64,000 nucleotides of DNA from Escherichia coli (GTDB taxonomy: Bacteria; Pseudomonadota; Gammaproteobacteria; Enterobacterales; Enterobacteriaceae). Below the pieces are notes generated by a model that saw only the letters and a list, made by a program, of their open reading frames with translations, was not told where the DNA came from and searched no databases. The stretch lies in NCBI RefSeq assembly GCF_044324785.1, contig NZ_CP172127.1; one strand, 5' to 3'. Positions 33,573 through 46,981 of the stretch are shown one piece after another; the stretch's first letter is position 1; each line of letters starts with the position of its first letter. Both the position numbers and the translations under genes were made by a program.

Positions 33573-36155
33573 ATGCAAGAGCAATACCGCCCGGAAGAGA
33601 TAGAATCCAAAGTACAGCTTCATTGGGATGAGAAGCGCACATTTGAAGTAACCGAAGACGAGAGCAAAGAGAAGTATTACTGCCTGTCTATGCTTCCCTA
33701 TCCTTCTGGTCGACTACACATGGGCCACGTACGTAACTACACCATTGGTGACGTGATCGCCCGCTACCAGCGTATGCTGGGCAAAAACGTCCTGCAGCCG
33801 ATCGGCTGGGACGCGTTTGGTCTGCCTGCGGAAGGCGCGGCGGTGAAAAACAACACCGCACCGGCACCGTGGACGTACGACAACATCGCGTACATGAAAA
33901 ACCAGCTCAAAATGCTGGGCTTTGGTTATGACTGGAGCCGCGAGCTGGCAACCTGTACACCGGAATACTACCGTTGGGAACAGAAATTCTTCACCGAGCT
34001 GTATAAAAAAGGCCTGGTATATAAGAAGACTTCTGCAGTCAACTGGTGCCCGAACGACCAGACCGTACTGGCGAACGAACAAGTTATCGACGGCTGCTGC
34101 TGGCGCTGCGATACCAAAGTTGAGCGTAAAGAGATCCCGCAATGGTTTATCAAAATCACTGCTTACGCTGACGAGCTGCTCAACGATCTGGATAAACTGG
34201 ATCACTGGCCAGACACCGTTAAAACCATGCAGCGTAACTGGATCGGTCGTTCCGAAGGCGTGGAAATCACCTTCAACGTTAACGACTATGACAACACGCT
34301 GACCGTTTACACTACCCGTCCGGACACCTTTATGGGTTGTACCTACCTGGCGGTAGCGGCGGGTCATCCGCTGGCGCAGAAAGCGGCGGAAAATAATCCT
34401 GAACTGGCGGCCTTTATTGACGAATGCCGTAACACCAAAGTTGCCGAAGCTGAAATGGCAACGATGGAGAAAAAAGGCGTCGATACTGGCTTTAAAGCGG
34501 TTCACCCATTAACGGGCGAAGAAATTCCCGTTTGGGCAGCAAACTTCGTATTGATGGAGTACGGCACGGGCGCAGTTATGGCGGTTCCGGGTCACGACCA
34601 GCGCGACTACGAGTTTGCCTCTAAATACGGCCTGAACATCAAACCGGTTATCCTGGCAGCTGACGGCTCTGAGCCAGATCTTTCTCAGCAAGCCCTGACT
34701 GAAAAAGGCGTTCTGTTCAACTCTGGCGAGTTCAACGGTCTTGACCATGAAGCGGCCTTCAACGCTATCGCCGATAAACTGACTGCGATGGGCGTTGGCG
34801 AGCGTAAAGTGAACTACCGCCTGCGCGACTGGGGTGTTTCCCGTCAACGTTACTGGGGCGCGCCGATTCCGATGGTGACGCTGGAAGACGGTACCGTAAT
34901 GCCGACCCCGGACGACCAGCTGCCGGTGATCCTGCCGGAAGATGTGGTGATGGACGGCATTACCAGCCCGATTAAAGCAGATCCGGAGTGGGCAAAAACT
35001 ACCGTTAACGGTATGCCAGCGCTGCGTGAAACCGACACTTTCGACACCTTTATGGAGTCCTCCTGGTACTATGCGCGCTACACTTGCCCGGAGTACAAAG
35101 AAGGTATGCTGGATTCCAAAGCGGCTAACTACTGGCTGCCGGTGGATATCTACATTGGTGGTATCGAACACGCCATTATGCACCTGCTCTACTTCCGCTT
35201 CTTCCACAAACTGATGCGTGATGCAGGCATGGTGAACTCTGACGAACCAGCGAAACAATTGCTGTGTCAGGGTATGGTGCTGGCAGATGCCTTCTACTAT
35301 GTTGGCGAAAACGGCGAACGTAACTGGGTTTCCCCGGTTGATGCTATCGTTGAACGTGACGAGAAAGGCCGTATCGTGAAAGCGAAAGATGCGGCAGGCC
35401 ATGAACTGGTTTATACCGGCATGAGCAAAATGTCCAAGTCGAAGAACAACGGTATCGACCCGCAGGTGATGGTTGAACGTTACGGCGCGGACACCGTTCG
35501 TCTGTTTATGATGTTTGCTTCTCCGGCTGATATGACTCTCGAATGGCAGGAATCCGGCGTGGAAGGGGCTAACCGCTTCCTGAAACGTGTCTGGAAACTG
35601 GTTTACGAGCACACAGCGAAAGGTGGTGTTGCGGCACTGAACGTCGATGCACTGACTGAAGATCAGAAAGCGCTGCGTCGCGATGTGCATAAAACGATCG
35701 CTAAAGTGACCGATGATATCGGCCGTCGTCAGACCTTCAACACCGCAATTGCAGCGATTATGGAGCTGATGAACAAACTGGCGAAAGCAACGACCGATGG
35801 CGAGCAGGATCGCGCCCTGATGCAGGAAGCGCTGCTGGCGGTAGTCCGTATGCTTAACCCGTTCACCCCGCACATCTGCTTCACGCTGTGGCAGGAACTG
35901 AAAGGCGAAGGCGATATCGACAACGCGCCGTGGCCGGTTGCTGACGAAAAAGCGATGGTGGAAGACTCCACGCTGGTCGTGGTGCAGGTTAACGGTAAAG
36001 TCCGTGCCAAAATCACCGTTCCGGTGGACGCAACGGAAGAACAGGTTCGCGAACGTGCTGGCCAGGAACATCTGGTAGCAAAATATCTTGATGGCGTTAC
36101 TGTACGTAAAGTGATTTACGTACCCGGTAAACTCCTCAATCTGGTCGTTGGCTAA
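33573..36155 (+). CDS. leuS: Leucyl-tRNA synthetase
   Basis: 860 aa from [12 protein letters not shown]; HMGH and KMSKS class I motifs; track ORF extends 47 codons upstream. Confidence 0.96.
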   Translation: MQEQYRPEEIESKVQLHWDEKRTFEVTEDESKEKYYCLSMLPYPSGRLHMGHVRNYTIGDVIARYQRMLGKNVLQPIGWDAFGLPAEGAAVKNNTAPAPWTYDNIAYMKNQLKMLGFGYDWSRELATCTPEYYRWEQKFFTELYKKGLVYKKTSAVNWCPNDQTVLANEQVIDGCCWRCDTKVERKEIPQWFIKITAYADELLNDLDKLDHWPDTVKTMQRNWIGRSEGVEITFNVNDYDNTLTVYTTRPDTFMGCTYLAVAAGHPLAQKAAENNPELAAFIDECRNTKVAEAEMATMEKKGVDTGFKAVHPLTGEEIPVWAANFVLMEYGTGAVMAVPGHDQRDYEFASKYGLNIKPVILAADGSEPDLSQQALTEKGVLFNSGEFNGLDHEAAFNAIADKLTAMGVGERKVNYRLRDWGVSRQRYWGAPIPMVTLEDGTVMPTPDDQLPVILPEDVVMDGITSPIKADPEWAKTTVNGMPALRETDTFDTFMESSWYYARYTCPEYKEGMLDSKAANYWLPVDIYIGGIEHAIMHLLYFRFFHKLMRDAGMVNSDEPAKQLLCQGMVLADAFYYVGENGERNWVSPVDAIVERDEKGRIVKAKDAAGHELVYTGMSKMSKSKNNGIDPQVMVERYGADTVRLFMMFASPADMTLEWQESGVEGANRFLKRVWKLVYEHTAKGGVAALNVDALTEDQKALRRDVHKTIAKVTDDIGRRQTFNTAIAAIMELMNKLAKATTDGEQDRALMQEALLAVVRMLNPFTPHICFTLWQELKGEGDIDNAPWPVADEKAMVEDSTLVVVQVNGKVRAKITVPVDATEEQVRERAGQEHLVAKYLDGVTVRKVIYVPGKLLNLVVG

Positions 36156-36169
36156 GCGCGGGAGGAAGC

Positions 36170-36751
36170 GTGCGATATCTGGCAACATTGTTGTTATCTC
36201 TGGCGGTGTTAATCACCGCCGGGTGTGGCTGGCATCTGCGTGATACCACGCAGGTTCCTTCCACTATGAAGGTCATGATCCTGGACTCAGGCGATCCGAA
36301 CGGGCCATTAAGCCGTGCGGTGCGTAACCAGTTACGTCTGAATGGTGTCGAGTTGCTTGATAAAGAAACCACGCGTAAGGACGTTCCATCCCTGCGTTTG
36401 GGTAAAGTGAGCATCGCGAAAGATACCGCATCGGTATTCCGTAACGGTCAAACAGCAGAGTATCAGATGATCATGACGGTCAATGCGACCGTGTTGATCC
36501 CCGGCCGTGACATCTACCCGATTAGCGCCAAAGTCTTCCGTTCGTTCTTCGATAACCCGCAAATGGCGTTAGCGAAAGATAACGAACAAGACATGATCGT
36601 AAAAGAGATGTACGACCGTGCTGCCGAACAGCTGATTCGTAAGCTGCCAAGCATCCGTGCTGCGGATATTCGTTCCGACGAAGAACAGACGTCGACCACA
36701 ACGGATACTCCGGCAACGCCTGCACGCGTCTCTACCACGCTGGGTAACTGA
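36170..36751 (+). CDS. lptE: LPS assembly lipoprotein LptE (RlpB)
   Basis: 193-aa ORF, GTG start, lipobox ITAGC; 1-nt overlap with holA. Confidence 0.93.
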
Positions 36752-37782
36752 TGATTCGGTTGTACCCGGAACAACTTCGCGCGCAGCTCAATGAAGGGCT
36801 GCGCGCGGCGTATCTTTTACTTGGTAACGATCCTCTGTTATTGCAGGAAAGCCAGGACGCTATTCGTCAGGTAGCTGCGGTACAAGGATTCGAAGAACAC
36901 CACACTTTTTCCATTGATCCCAACACTGACTGGAATGCGATCTTTTCGTTATGCCAGGCCATGAGTCTGTTTGCCAGTCGACAAACGCTATTGCTGTTGT
37001 TACCAGAAAACGGACCGAATGCGGCGATCAATGAACAACTTCTCACACTCACCGGACTTCTGCATGACGACCTGCTGTTGATCGTCCGCGGTAATAAATT
37101 AAGCAAAGCGCAAGAAAATGCTGCCTGGTTTACTGCTCTTGCGAATCGCAGCGTGCAGGTGACCTGTCAGACGCCGGAGCAGGCTCAGCTTCCCCGCTGG
37201 GTTGCTGCGCGTGCAAAACAGCTCAACTTAGAACTGGATGACGCGGCAAACCAAGTGCTCTGCTACTGTTATGAAGGTAACCTGCTGGCGCTGGCCCAGG
37301 CACTGGAGCGTTTATCGCTACTCTGGCCAGACGGCAAACTGACATTACCTCGCGTTGAACAGGCGGTGAATGATGCCGCGCATTTCACCCCTTTTCATTG
37401 GGTTGATGCTTTGTTGATGGGAAAAAGTAAGCGCGCGTTGCATATTCTTCAGCAACTGCGTCTGGAAGGCAGCGAACCGGTTATTTTGTTGCGCACATTA
37501 CAACGTGAACTGTTGTTACTGGTTAACCTGAAACGCCAGTCTGCCCATACGCCACTGCGTGCGTTGTTTGATAAGCATCGGGTATGGCAGAACCGCCGGG
37601 GCATGATGGGCGAGGCGTTAAATCGCTTAAGCCAGCCGCAGTTACGTCAGGCCGTGCAACTCCTGACACGAACGGAACTCACCCTCAAACAAGATTACGG
37701 TCAGTCAGTGTGGGCAGAGCTGGAAGGGTTATCTCTTCTGTTGTGCCATAAACCCCTGGCGGACGTATTTATCGACGGTTGA
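36751..37782 (+). CDS. holA: DNA polymerase III delta subunit
   Basis: 343-aa [20 protein letters not shown]...; matches HolA. Confidence 0.95.
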   Translation: MIRLYPEQLRAQLNEGLRAAYLLLGNDPLLLQESQDAIRQVAAVQGFEEHHTFSIDPNTDWNAIFSLCQAMSLFASRQTLLLLLPENGPNAAINEQLLTLTGLLHDDLLLIVRGNKLSKAQENAAWFTALANRSVQVTCQTPEQAQLPRWVAARAKQLNLELDDAANQVLCYCYEGNLLALAQALERLSLLWPDGKLTLPRVEQAVNDAAHFTPFHWVDALLMGKSKRALHILQQLRLEGSEPVILLRTLQRELLLLVNLKRQSAHTPLRALFDKHRVWQNRRGMMGEALNRLSQPQLRQAVQLLTRTELTLKQDYGQSVWAELEGLSLLLCHKPLADVFIDG

Positions 37783-37783
37783 T

Positions 37784-38425
37784 ATGAAATCTTTACAGGC
37801 TCTGTTTGGTGGCACCTTTGATCCGGTGCACTATGGTCATCTTAAACCTGTGGAAACGCTGGCGAATTTGATTGGTCTGACGCGGGTCACAATCATCCCT
37901 AATAATGTTCCTCCGCATCGTCCCCAGCCGGAAGCGAACAGCGTACAGCGTAAACACATGCTTGAACTGGCGATTGCCGACAAGCCATTATTTACTCTTG
38001 ATGAACGCGAGCTAAAGCGCAATGCCCCCTCTTACACTGCGCAAACACTGAAAGAGTGGCGGCAGGAACAAGGGTCGGACGTGCCGCTGGCGTTTATTAT
38101 TGGTCAGGATTCACTGCTGACCTTTCCGACCTGGTACGAATACGAAACGATACTCGACAATGCACATTTGATCGTCTGTCGGCGTCCAGGTTACCCACTT
38201 GAAATGGCGCAACCGCAATACCAGCAATGGCTGGAAGATCATTTGACACATAACCCAGAAGATCTTCACCTTCAGCCTGCCGGTAAAATTTATCTGGCTG
38301 AAACGCCGTGGTTTAACATCTCGGCGACCATCATCCGCGAACGTTTGCAAAACGGTGAATCGTGTGAGGATTTATTGCCGGAACCGGTACTGACTTACAT
38401 TAACCAACAAGGCTTGTATCGCTGA
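37784..38425 (+). CDS. nadD: Nicotinate-nucleotide adenylyltransferase
   Basis: 213-aa ORF with [11 protein letters not shown] nucleotidyltransferase motif. Confidence 0.96.
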   Translation: MKSLQALFGGTFDPVHYGHLKPVETLANLIGLTRVTIIPNNVPPHRPQPEANSVQRKHMLELAIADKPLFTLDERELKRNAPSYTAQTLKEWRQEQGSDVPLAFIIGQDSLLTFPTWYEYETILDNAHLIVCRRPGYPLEMAQPQYQQWLEDHLTHNPEDLHLQPAGKIYLAETPWFNISATIIRERLQNGESCEDLLPEPVLTYINQQGLYR

Positions 38426-38448
38426 TACCTGTCGTTACGGAGGGCATG

Positions 38449-39060
38449 ATGCGACTGTGGTTAATTCGTCATGGTGAAACGCTAGCGAATATCGATGGTC
38501 TGTACAGCGGTCATGCTCCCACACCCCTGACTGCGCGCGGTATTGAGCAAGCGCAAAATCTGCATACGCTGCTACATGGTGTTTCCTTTGACCTGGTTTT
38601 ATGCAGTGAACTGGAACGGGCACAGCATACCGCGCGACTGGTTCTCAGTGATCGCCAGCTCCCCGTGCAAATAATCCCTGAACTCAACGAAATGTTTTTT
38701 GGCGACTGGGAGATGCGACATCATCGCGACCTCATGCAAGAAGATGCCGAAAACTATAGCGCGTGGTGCAATGACTGGCAGCATGCAATCCCCACGAACG
38801 GTGAAGGATTTCAGGCATTTTCGCAACGTGTGGAACGCTTTATCGCAAGGCTTAGTGAATTTCAGCACTATCAGAATATTTTAGTCGTCAGCCATCAGGG
38901 TGTACTGAGTCTGTTAATCGCCCGTTTAATTGGCATGCCTGCCGAGGCTATGTGGCATTTTCGCGTTGACCAGGGGTGTTGGAGCGCCATTGATATCAAC
39001 CAAAAATTCGCGACGCTACGCGTCCTCAATAGCCGTGCCATCGGGGTCGAGAATGCATGA
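38449..39060 (+). CDS. cobC: Adenosylcobalamin/alpha-ribazole phosphatase CobC (histidine phosphatase family)
   Basis: 203 aa from MRLWLIRHGET (RHG catalytic motif). Confidence 0.9.
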   Translation: MRLWLIRHGETLANIDGLYSGHAPTPLTARGIEQAQNLHTLLHGVSFDLVLCSELERAQHTARLVLSDRQLPVQIIPELNEMFFGDWEMRHHRDLMQEDAENYSAWCNDWQHAIPTNGEGFQAFSQRVERFIARLSEFQHYQNILVVSHQGVLSLLIARLIGMPAEAMWHFRVDQGCWSAIDINQKFATLRVLNSRAIGVENA

Positions 39061-39301
39061 CTTTTCTGTTTTTTTACGGGTAAGCCGCAACGACCATTGA
39101 CAGCCCCGGGCAGGCTGATATTCTCCGCAGCCAGACTTTTTTCGCCAGACACGACTTTGTAGAAATTGTTTTACAAAAATGGCGATGCAATCTGCGGCGC
39201 GGGGTGGGATGATAGCCCACTTTCGAAAGCCGATTCGGCGACAATTGTCCCGAAATCGCCTCTGGTTCAGGTATACTGACAGACCATTTTTATCTATTTG
39301 A

Positions 39302-39637
<336 letters not shown>

Positions 39638-39640
39638 TGC

Positions 39641-40108
39641 GTGAAGCTGCAACTTGTCGCCGTGGGAACGAAAATGCCGGACTGGGTACAAACCGGTTTT
39701 ACCGAGTACCTGCGTCGTTTTCCGAAAGATATGCCCTTCGAGCTGATTGAAATTCCGGCCGGAAAACGCGGCAAGAATGCGGACATCAAGCGCATACTCG
39801 ACAAAGAGGGTGAGCAGATGTTGGCGGCCGCAGGCAAAAACCGCATTGTCACCCTCGATATTCCAGGCAAGCCCTGGGATACGCCGCAGTTAGCCGCTGA
39901 GCTGGAACGCTGGAAGCTGGATGGTCGCGACGTCAGTCTACTGATTGGCGGGCCTGAAGGGTTGTCGCCTGCCTGTAAAGCGGCGGCGGAGCAGAGCTGG
40001 TCGCTGTCGGCGCTTACCCTTCCCCATCCGCTGGTTCGCGTGCTGGTCGCAGAGAGTCTGTACCGGGCGTGGAGCATCACCACCAACCATCCTTATCACC
40101 GTGAGTGA
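39641..40108 (+). CDS. rlmH: 23S rRNA (pseudouridine1915-N3)-methyltransferase RlmH (YbeA)
   Basis: 155-aa ORF with GTG start, SPOUT fold. Confidence 0.93.
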
Positions 40109-40138
40109 TAAGGGAGCTTTGAGTAGAAAACGCAGCGG

Positions 40139-42040
40139 ATGAAACTACAGAACTCTTTTCGCGACTATACGGCAGAGTCCGCGCTGTTTGTGCGCCGGGC
40201 GCTGGTCGCCTTTTTGGGGATTTTGCTGCTGACCGGCGTGCTTATCGCCAACCTGTATAATCTGCAAATTGTTCGCTTTACCGATTACCAGACCCGCTCT
40301 AATGAAAACCGCATTAAGCTGGTGCCTATCGCGCCCAGCCGCGGCATTATCTACGACCGTAACGGTATCCCTCTGGCCCTCAACCGCACTATCTACCAGA
40401 TAGAAATGATGCCGGAGAAAGTCGATAACGTGCAGCAAACGCTGGACGCTCTGCGCAGCGTGGTTGATCTGACCGATGACGATATTGCTGCATTCCGAAA
40501 AGAGCGTGCACGCTCACACCGTTTCACCTCCATTCCGGTGAAAACTAACCTGACCGAAGTACAAGTGGCGCGCTTTGCCGTCAATCAGTACCGTTTTCCG
40601 GGTGTCGAAGTTAAAGGCTATAAACGTCGTTACTATCCTTACGGTTCGGCGTTGACCCACGTCATCGGCTATGTGTCGAAAATCAACGATAAAGACGTCG
40701 AACGCCTGAATAATGACGGCAAACTGGCCAACTATGCAGCAACGCATGATATCGGTAAGCTGGGCATTGAGCGTTACTATGAAGATGTGCTGCACGGTCA
40801 GACCGGTTATGAAGAGGTTGAAGTTAACAACCGTGGGCGTGTTATTCGCCAGTTAAAAGAAGTACCACCGCAAGCCGGACACGATATTTACCTGACGCTG
40901 GATCTCAAACTCCAGCAATATATTGAAACGCTGCTGGCGGGTAGCCGCGCAGCGGTGGTAGTCACCGATCCGCGTACAGGTGGGGTGCTGGCGCTGGTTT
41001 CCACGCCTAGTTATGACCCAAACCTGTTTGTTGACGGTATCTCCAGCAAAGATTATTCCGCCTTGCTGAACGACCCGAATACACCGCTGGTGAACCGCGC
41101 CACACAGGGGGTTTATCCTCCCGCGTCTACAGTTAAACCCTATGTGGCGGTTTCGGCATTGAGCGCCGGAGTGATCACGCGCAATACGACGCTGTTTGAC
41201 CCAGGCTGGTGGCAACTGCCAGGTTCGGAAAAACGTTATCGTGACTGGAAAAAATGGGGCCACGGGCGTCTGAATGTCACAAGATCGCTGGAAGAATCTG
41301 CGGATACCTTCTTCTATCAGGTGGCCTACGATATGGGGATCGATCGCCTCTCCGAATGGATGGGTAAATTCGGTTATGGTCATTACACCGGTATCGACCT
41401 GGCGGAAGAACGTTCCGGCAACATGCCTACCCGCGAATGGAAACAGAAACGCTTTAAAAAACCGTGGTATCAGGGTGACACCATTCCGGTTGGTATCGGT
41501 CAGGGTTACTGGACAGCGACCCCAATCCAGATGAGTAAGGCACTGATGATCCTGATTAATGACGGTATCGTGAAGGTTCCGCATTTGCTGATGAGCACCG
41601 CCGAAGACGGCAAACAGGTGCCATGGGTACAGCCGCATGAACCGCCCGTCGGCGATATTCATTCCGGTTACTGGGAGCTGGCGAAAGACGGTATGTACGG
41701 TGTTGCTAACCGCCCTAACGGTACAGCGCATAAATACTTTGCCAGCGCACCGTACAAAATTGCGGCGAAATCTGGTACCGCTCAGGTCTTCGGTCTGAAA
41801 GCGAACGAAACCTATAATGCGCACAAAATTGCCGAGCGTTTACGTGACCACAAACTGATGACTGCCTTTGCGCCATACAACAATCCGCAAGTGGCTGTCG
41901 CCATGATTCTGGAGAACGGTGGCGCGGGTCCAGCGGTTGGTACGCTGATGCGCCAGATCCTCGACCACATTATGCTGGGTGATAACAACACCGATCTGCC
42001 TGCGGAAAATCCAGCGGTTGCCGCAGCGGAGGACCATTAA
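40139..42040 (+). CDS. mrdA: Penicillin-binding protein 2 (elongasome transpeptidase)
   Basis: 633-aa ORF; transpeptidase motifs STVK, SGT, KSGTA. Confidence 0.97.
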   Translation: MKLQNSFRDYTAESALFVRRALVAFLGILLLTGVLIANLYNLQIVRFTDYQTRSNENRIKLVPIAPSRGIIYDRNGIPLALNRTIYQIEMMPEKVDNVQQTLDALRSVVDLTDDDIAAFRKERARSHRFTSIPVKTNLTEVQVARFAVNQYRFPGVEVKGYKRRYYPYGSALTHVIGYVSKINDKDVERLNNDGKLANYAATHDIGKLGIERYYEDVLHGQTGYEEVEVNNRGRVIRQLKEVPPQAGHDIYLTLDLKLQQYIETLLAGSRAAVVVTDPRTGGVLALVSTPSYDPNLFVDGISSKDYSALLNDPNTPLVNRATQGVYPPASTVKPYVAVSALSAGVITRNTTLFDPGWWQLPGSEKRYRDWKKWGHGRLNVTRSLEESADTFFYQVAYDMGIDRLSEWMGKFGYGHYTGIDLAEERSGNMPTREWKQKRFKKPWYQGDTIPVGIGQGYWTATPIQMSKALMILINDGIVKVPHLLMSTAEDGKQVPWVQPHEPPVGDIHSGYWELAKDGMYGVANRPNGTAHKYFASAPYKIAAKSGTAQVFGLKANETYNAHKIAERLRDHKLMTAFAPYNNPQVAVAMILENGGAGPAVGTLMRQILDHIMLGDNNTDLPAENPAVAAAEDH

Positions 42041-42042
42041 TC

Positions 42043-43155
42043 ATGACGGATAATCCGAATAAAAAAACATTCTGGGATAAAGTCCATCTCGATCCCACAA
42101 TGCTGCTGATCTTACTGGCATTGCTGGTTTACAGCGCCCTGGTTATCTGGAGCGCCAGCGGTCAGGATATTGGCATGATGGAGCGTAAAATCGGCCAAAT
42201 CGCGATGGGTCTGGTCATCATGGTGGTGATGGCGCAAATTCCTCCACGCGTTTATGAAGGCTGGGCCCCCTATCTCTATATCATCTGTATTATTTTGCTG
42301 GTGGCGGTAGATGCTTTTGGTGCCATCTCTAAAGGCGCTCAACGCTGGCTGGATCTCGGTATCGTTCGTTTTCAGCCGTCGGAAATTGCCAAAATAGCCG
42401 TACCACTGATGGTAGCGCGCTTTATCAACCGCGACGTTTGCCCGCCGTCGTTGAAGAACACAGGCATCGCGCTGGTACTGATATTTATGCCCACGCTGCT
42501 GGTGGCTGCGCAGCCTGACCTGGGGACATCAATCCTCGTTGCGCTTTCCGGTCTGTTTGTACTGTTCCTCTCTGGCCTTAGCTGGCGTCTGATTGGCGTC
42601 GCAGTAGTGCTGGTGGCGGCGTTCATTCCTATTCTGTGGTTCTTCCTGATGCATGATTACCAGCGCCAGCGCGTAATGATGCTCCTGGACCCGGAATCAG
42701 ACCCACTCGGCGCGGGCTATCATATTATTCAGTCTAAAATTGCTATTGGCTCCGGTGGATTACGCGGCAAAGGCTGGCTGCACGGTACTCAGTCACAGCT
42801 TGAATTTCTCCCCGAACGCCATACCGACTTTATCTTCGCGGTACTGGCGGAAGAGCTGGGATTAGTGGGCATTTTGATTCTGCTCGCTCTCTACATTCTG
42901 CTGATCATGCGCGGGCTGTGGATAGCCGCCAGAGCGCAAACCACCTTTGGTCGCGTCATGGCTGGCGGCTTAATGCTGATATTATTCGTTTATGTCTTCG
43001 TAAATATTGGTATGGTAAGCGGTATTCTGCCGGTTGTAGGGGTTCCGCTCCCACTGGTCAGTTATGGAGGATCGGCGCTAATTGTGCTGATGGCTGGGTT
43101 CGGGATTGTAATGTCAATCCACACCCACAGGAAAATGTTGTCGAAAAGCGTGTAA
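42043..43155 (+). CDS. mrdB: RodA, SEDS-family peptidoglycan glycosyltransferase
   Basis: 370-aa polytopic ORF immediately after mrdA. Confidence 0.96.
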   Translation: MTDNPNKKTFWDKVHLDPTMLLILLALLVYSALVIWSASGQDIGMMERKIGQIAMGLVIMVVMAQIPPRVYEGWAPYLYIICIILLVAVDAFGAISKGAQRWLDLGIVRFQPSEIAKIAVPLMVARFINRDVCPPSLKNTGIALVLIFMPTLLVAAQPDLGTSILVALSGLFVLFLSGLSWRLIGVAVVLVAAFIPILWFFLMHDYQRQRVMMLLDPESDPLGAGYHIIQSKIAIGSGGLRGKGWLHGTQSQLEFLPERHTDFIFAVLAEELGLVGILILLALYILLIMRGLWIAARAQTTFGRVMAGGLMLILFVYVFVNIGMVSGILPVVGVPLPLVSYGGSALIVLMAGFGIVMSIHTHRKMLSKSV

Positions 43156-43165
43156 GAGGTGCGCA

Positions 43166-44254
43166 ATGCGTAAGCAGTGGCTCGGGATCTGCATCGCGGC
43201 AGGAATGCTCGCGGCATGTACAAGCGATGATGGTCAGCAACAGACGGTAAGTGTACCGCAGCCTGCGGTATGTAACGGCCCCATAGTTGAAATTAGCGGG
43301 GCGGACCCGCGTTTCGAACCACTGAACGCGACGGCAAATCAGGATTACCAGCGCGACGGTAAAAGCTACAAAATCGTGCAGGATCCGTCTCGATTTAGCC
43401 AGGCGGGACTGGCGGCAATCTATGATGCCGAACCCGGCAGTAACCTGACGGCCTCTGGCGAAGCATTCGATCCGACACAGCTGACAGCGGCCCATCCAAC
43501 GCTTCCGATCCCCAGCTACGCCAGAATCACTAACCTGGCTAACGGACGAATGATCGTGGTGCGCATTAATGATCGCGGTCCTTACGGCAACGACCGCGTT
43601 ATTTCGCTTTCTCGCGCGGCAGCTGACCGTCTTAACACGTCAAACAACACCAAAGTTCGTATCGATCCGATTATTGTCGCCCAGGATGGTTCGCTTTCTG
43701 GTCCTGGTATGGCCTGTACCACAGTTGCCAAACAGACTTACGCCCTGCCTGCACCTCCCGATTTAAGCGGTGGCGCGGGAACAAGTTCAGTGTCTGGCCC
43801 GCAGGGTGACATTCTTCCGGTCAGTAATTCGACGCTAAAAAGCGAAGATCCGACCGGCGCGCCGGTAACCAGCAGCGGTTTCCTCGGTGCACCAACGACG
43901 TTAGCGCCTGGTGTGCTGGAAGGCAGCGAACCAACACCTGCGCCACAGCCCGTTGTTACAGCCCCCTCGACAACGCCTGCAACCTCGCCTGCAATGGTGA
44001 CACCGCAAGCCGCCTCACAAAGCGCCAGCGGCAACTTTATGGTGCAAGTCGGGGCCGTTAGCGATCAGGCTCGTGCGCAACAGTACCAACAGCAACTGGG
44101 ACAGAAGTTCGGCGTCCCCGGTCGCGTAACTCAAAATGGCGCAGTCTGGCGGATCCAGCTTGGCCCATTCGCCAGCAAAGCCGAAGCCAGTACCTTGCAG
44201 CAACGTTTGCAAACCGAAGCCCAATTACAGTCATTTATTACCACCGCGCAGTAG
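43166..44254 (+). CDS. rlpA: Septal ring lytic transglycosylase RlpA (rare lipoprotein A)
   Basis: 362-aa ORF, lipobox LAAC, DPBB domain, C-terminal SPOR domain. Confidence 0.95.
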   Translation: MRKQWLGICIAAGMLAACTSDDGQQQTVSVPQPAVCNGPIVEISGADPRFEPLNATANQDYQRDGKSYKIVQDPSRFSQAGLAAIYDAEPGSNLTASGEAFDPTQLTAAHPTLPIPSYARITNLANGRMIVVRINDRGPYGNDRVISLSRAAADRLNTSNNTKVRIDPIIVAQDGSLSGPGMACTTVAKQTYALPAPPDLSGGAGTSSVSGPQGDILPVSNSTLKSEDPTGAPVTSSGFLGAPTTLAPGVLEGSEPTPAPQPVVTAPSTTPATSPAMVTPQAASQSASGNFMVQVGAVSDQARAQQYQQQLGQKFGVPGRVTQNGAVWRIQLGPFASKAEASTLQQRLQTEAQLQSFITTAQ

Positions 44255-44393
44255 CGTAAAGCAGGCATCTGATGTGTCAATTTCTGTAAATGACGTTAAC
44301 AAAGTCACGCGGAAAGTCAGATGCCTGCCGGTAGTGCATTTGCTATAGTAGGGCACTTTTTTTAATTCCATCACGGATGTCGTAGTTCAGACC

Positions 44394-45605
44394 ATGAATA
44401 CCATTTTTTCCGCTCGTATCATGAAGCGCCTGGCGCTCACCACGGCTCTTTGCACAGCCTTTATCTCTGCTGCACATGCCGATGACCTGAATATCAAAAC
44501 TATGATCCCGGGTGTACCGCAGATCGATGCGGAGTCCTACATCCTGATTGACTATAACTCCGGCAAAGTGCTCGCCGAACAGAACGCAGATGTCCGCCGC
44601 GATCCTGCCAGCCTGACCAAAATGATGACCAGTTACGTTATCGGCCAGGCAATGAAAGCCGGTAAATTTAAAGAAACTGATTTAGTCACCATCGGCAACG
44701 ACGCATGGGCCACCGGTAATCCGGTATTTAAAGGTTCTTCGCTGATGTTCCTCAAACCGGGCATGCAGGTTCCGGTTTCTCAGCTGATCCGCGGTATTAA
44801 CCTGCAATCGGGTAACGATGCTTGCGTCGCCATGGCCGATTTTGCCGCTGGTAGCCAGGACGCTTTTGTTGGCTTGATGAACAGCTACGTTAACGCCCTG
44901 GGCCTGAAAAATACCCACTTCCAGACGGTACATGGTCTGGATGCTGATGGTCAGTACAGCTCCGCGCGAGATATGGCGCTGATCGGCCAGGCGTTGATCC
45001 GTGACGTACCGAATGAATACTCGATCTATAAAGAAAAAGAATTTACGTTTAACGGTATTCGCCAGCTGAACCGTAACGGTCTGTTATGGGATAACAGCCT
45101 GAATGTCGACGGCATCAAAACCGGACACACTGACAAAGCAGGTTACAACCTTGTTGCTTCTGCGACTGAAGGCCAGATGCGCTTGATCTCTGCGGTGATG
45201 GGCGGACGTACTTTTAAAGGCCGTGAAGCCGAAAGTAAAAAACTGCTGACCTGGGGCTTCCGTTTCTTCGAAACCGTTAACCCACTGAAAGTAGGTAAAG
45301 AGTTCGCCTCTGAACCGGTTTGGTTTGGTGATTCTGATCGCGCTTCGTTAGGTGTTGATAAAGACGTGTATCTGACCATTCCGCGTGGCCGCATGAAAGA
45401 TCTGAAAGCCAGCTATGTGCTGAACAGCAGTGAATTGCATGCGCCGCTGCAAAAGAATCAGGTCGTCGGTACTATCAACTTCCAGCTTGATGGCAAAACG
45501 ATCGAACAACGCCCGCTGGTTGTGCTGCAAGAAATCCCGGAAGGCAACTTCTTCGGCAAAATCATTGATTACATTAAATTAATGTTCCATCACTGGTTTG
45601 GTTAA
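44394..45605 (+). CDS. dacA: D-alanyl-D-alanine carboxypeptidase DacA (PBP5)
   Basis: 403-aa ORF with signal peptide and SxxK (SLTK), SGN, KTG motifs. Confidence 0.97.
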
Positions 45606-45654
45606 AAATCGAACACTTGAAAGTGTAATTTCCGTCCCCATATACTAAGCATCA

Positions 45655-45690
45655 GTAAAAAACTCCCGCCTTCTGGCGGGAGTTGCTATT
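45655..45690 (+). terminator. Rho-independent terminator after dacA
   Basis: AAAAAACTCCCGCC-TTCT-GGCGGGAGTT followed by GCTATTT. Confidence 0.7.
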
Positions 45691-45714
45691 TAATTACGTT
45701 ACGCCGGAGCTGAC

Positions 45715-45978
45715 ATGAAAACCAAACTTAACGAACTGCTTGAATTCCCTACTCCTTTTACTTACAAAGTTATGGGGCAGGCGTTACCTGAGCTGGTTGA
45801 TCAGGTGGTTGAAGTGGTACAGCGCCATGCGCCAGGTGACTACACCCCAACGGTAAAACCAAGCAGCAAAGGCAACTACCACTCGGTATCTATCACTATC
45901 AACGCCACTCATATCGAGCAGGTTGAAACACTGTATGAAGAACTGGGTAAAATCGATATTGTCCGCATGGTTCTGTAA
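45715..45978 (+). CDS. ybeD: YbeD (UPF0250/DUF493)
   Basis: 87-aa [24 protein letters not shown]... Confidence 0.92.
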
Positions 45979-46080
45979 CTCGCTTCTCCGTTACCCGGCT
46001 CCTGGTCGGGTAACTCCCCTCTCCTCGCTGTGATATACTTTTCCCCCCCACTTTTACTCATTCTCCACGGAGATGCCGTT

Positions 46081-46722
46081 TTGTATCAGGATAAAATTCT
46101 TGTCCGCCAGCTCGGTCTTCAGCCTTACGAGCCAATTTCCCAGGCTATGCATGAATTCACCGATACCCGCGATGATAGTACCCTTGATGAAATCTGGCTG
46201 GTCGAGCACTATCCGGTATTCACCCAAGGGCAGGCAGGAAAAGCGGAGCACATTTTAATGCCGGGTGATATTCCGGTGATTCAGAGCGATCGCGGTGGGC
46301 AGGTGACTTATCACGGGCCGGGGCAACAGGTGATGTATGTGTTGCTTAACCTGAAACGCCGTAAACTCGGTGTGCGTGAACTGGTGACCTTGCTTGAGCA
46401 AACAGTGGTGAATACCCTGGCTGAACTGGGTATAGAAGCGCATCCTCGGGCTGACGCGCCTGGTGTCTATGTCGGGGAAAAGAAAATTTGCTCACTGGGT
46501 TTACGTATTCGACGCGGTTGTTCATTCCACGGTCTGGCATTAAACGTCAATATGGATCTTTCACCATTTTTACGTATTAATCCTTGTGGGTATGCCGGAA
46601 TGGAAATGGCTAAAATATCACAATGGAAACCCGAAGCGACGACTAATAATATTGCACCACGTTTACTGGAAAATATTTTAGCGCTACTAAACAATCCTGA
46701 CTTCGAATATATTACCGCTTAA
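46081..46722 (+). CDS. lipB: Octanoyltransferase LipB
   Basis: 213 aa from TTG start ([12 protein letters not shown]...); catalytic Cys in PCGYAGMEM; track ORF extends 17 codons upstream. Confidence 0.9.
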
Positions 46723-46981
46723 TTCCATACATCAATGGCCCAATTTACACTGGGTCATTACTCATAATACCTGCTAATGCTTTACATCTCCTTCGCGTTT
46801 GTATATTTTCTTTATCACTTGCAGAAATGCGATGCTACGCCTTGCTCCGTAACTCACCCCATTGATTAACTTATTGAAATAGTTGATTATGGTGAGCAAA
46901 AGCGTTCCGTTCCAATTAGACATAAGATTATTGTAATTTTTTTAAATATTATTTTTCCATGAATAAAATTGGAGTAAGTGC

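Noticed and set aside
34509-36188. 559-aa minus-strand ORF antisense to leuS (also similar long antisense ORFs at 2716-3558, 4799-5725, 15013-15714, 40853-41824, 57964-58791, 58967-59821)
   Set aside because: Run entirely opposite to recognised genes (glnS, nagE, miaB, mrdA, citE, citF, leuS); low-complexity, Arg/His-rich translations typical of antisense frames in GC-biased coding DNA.
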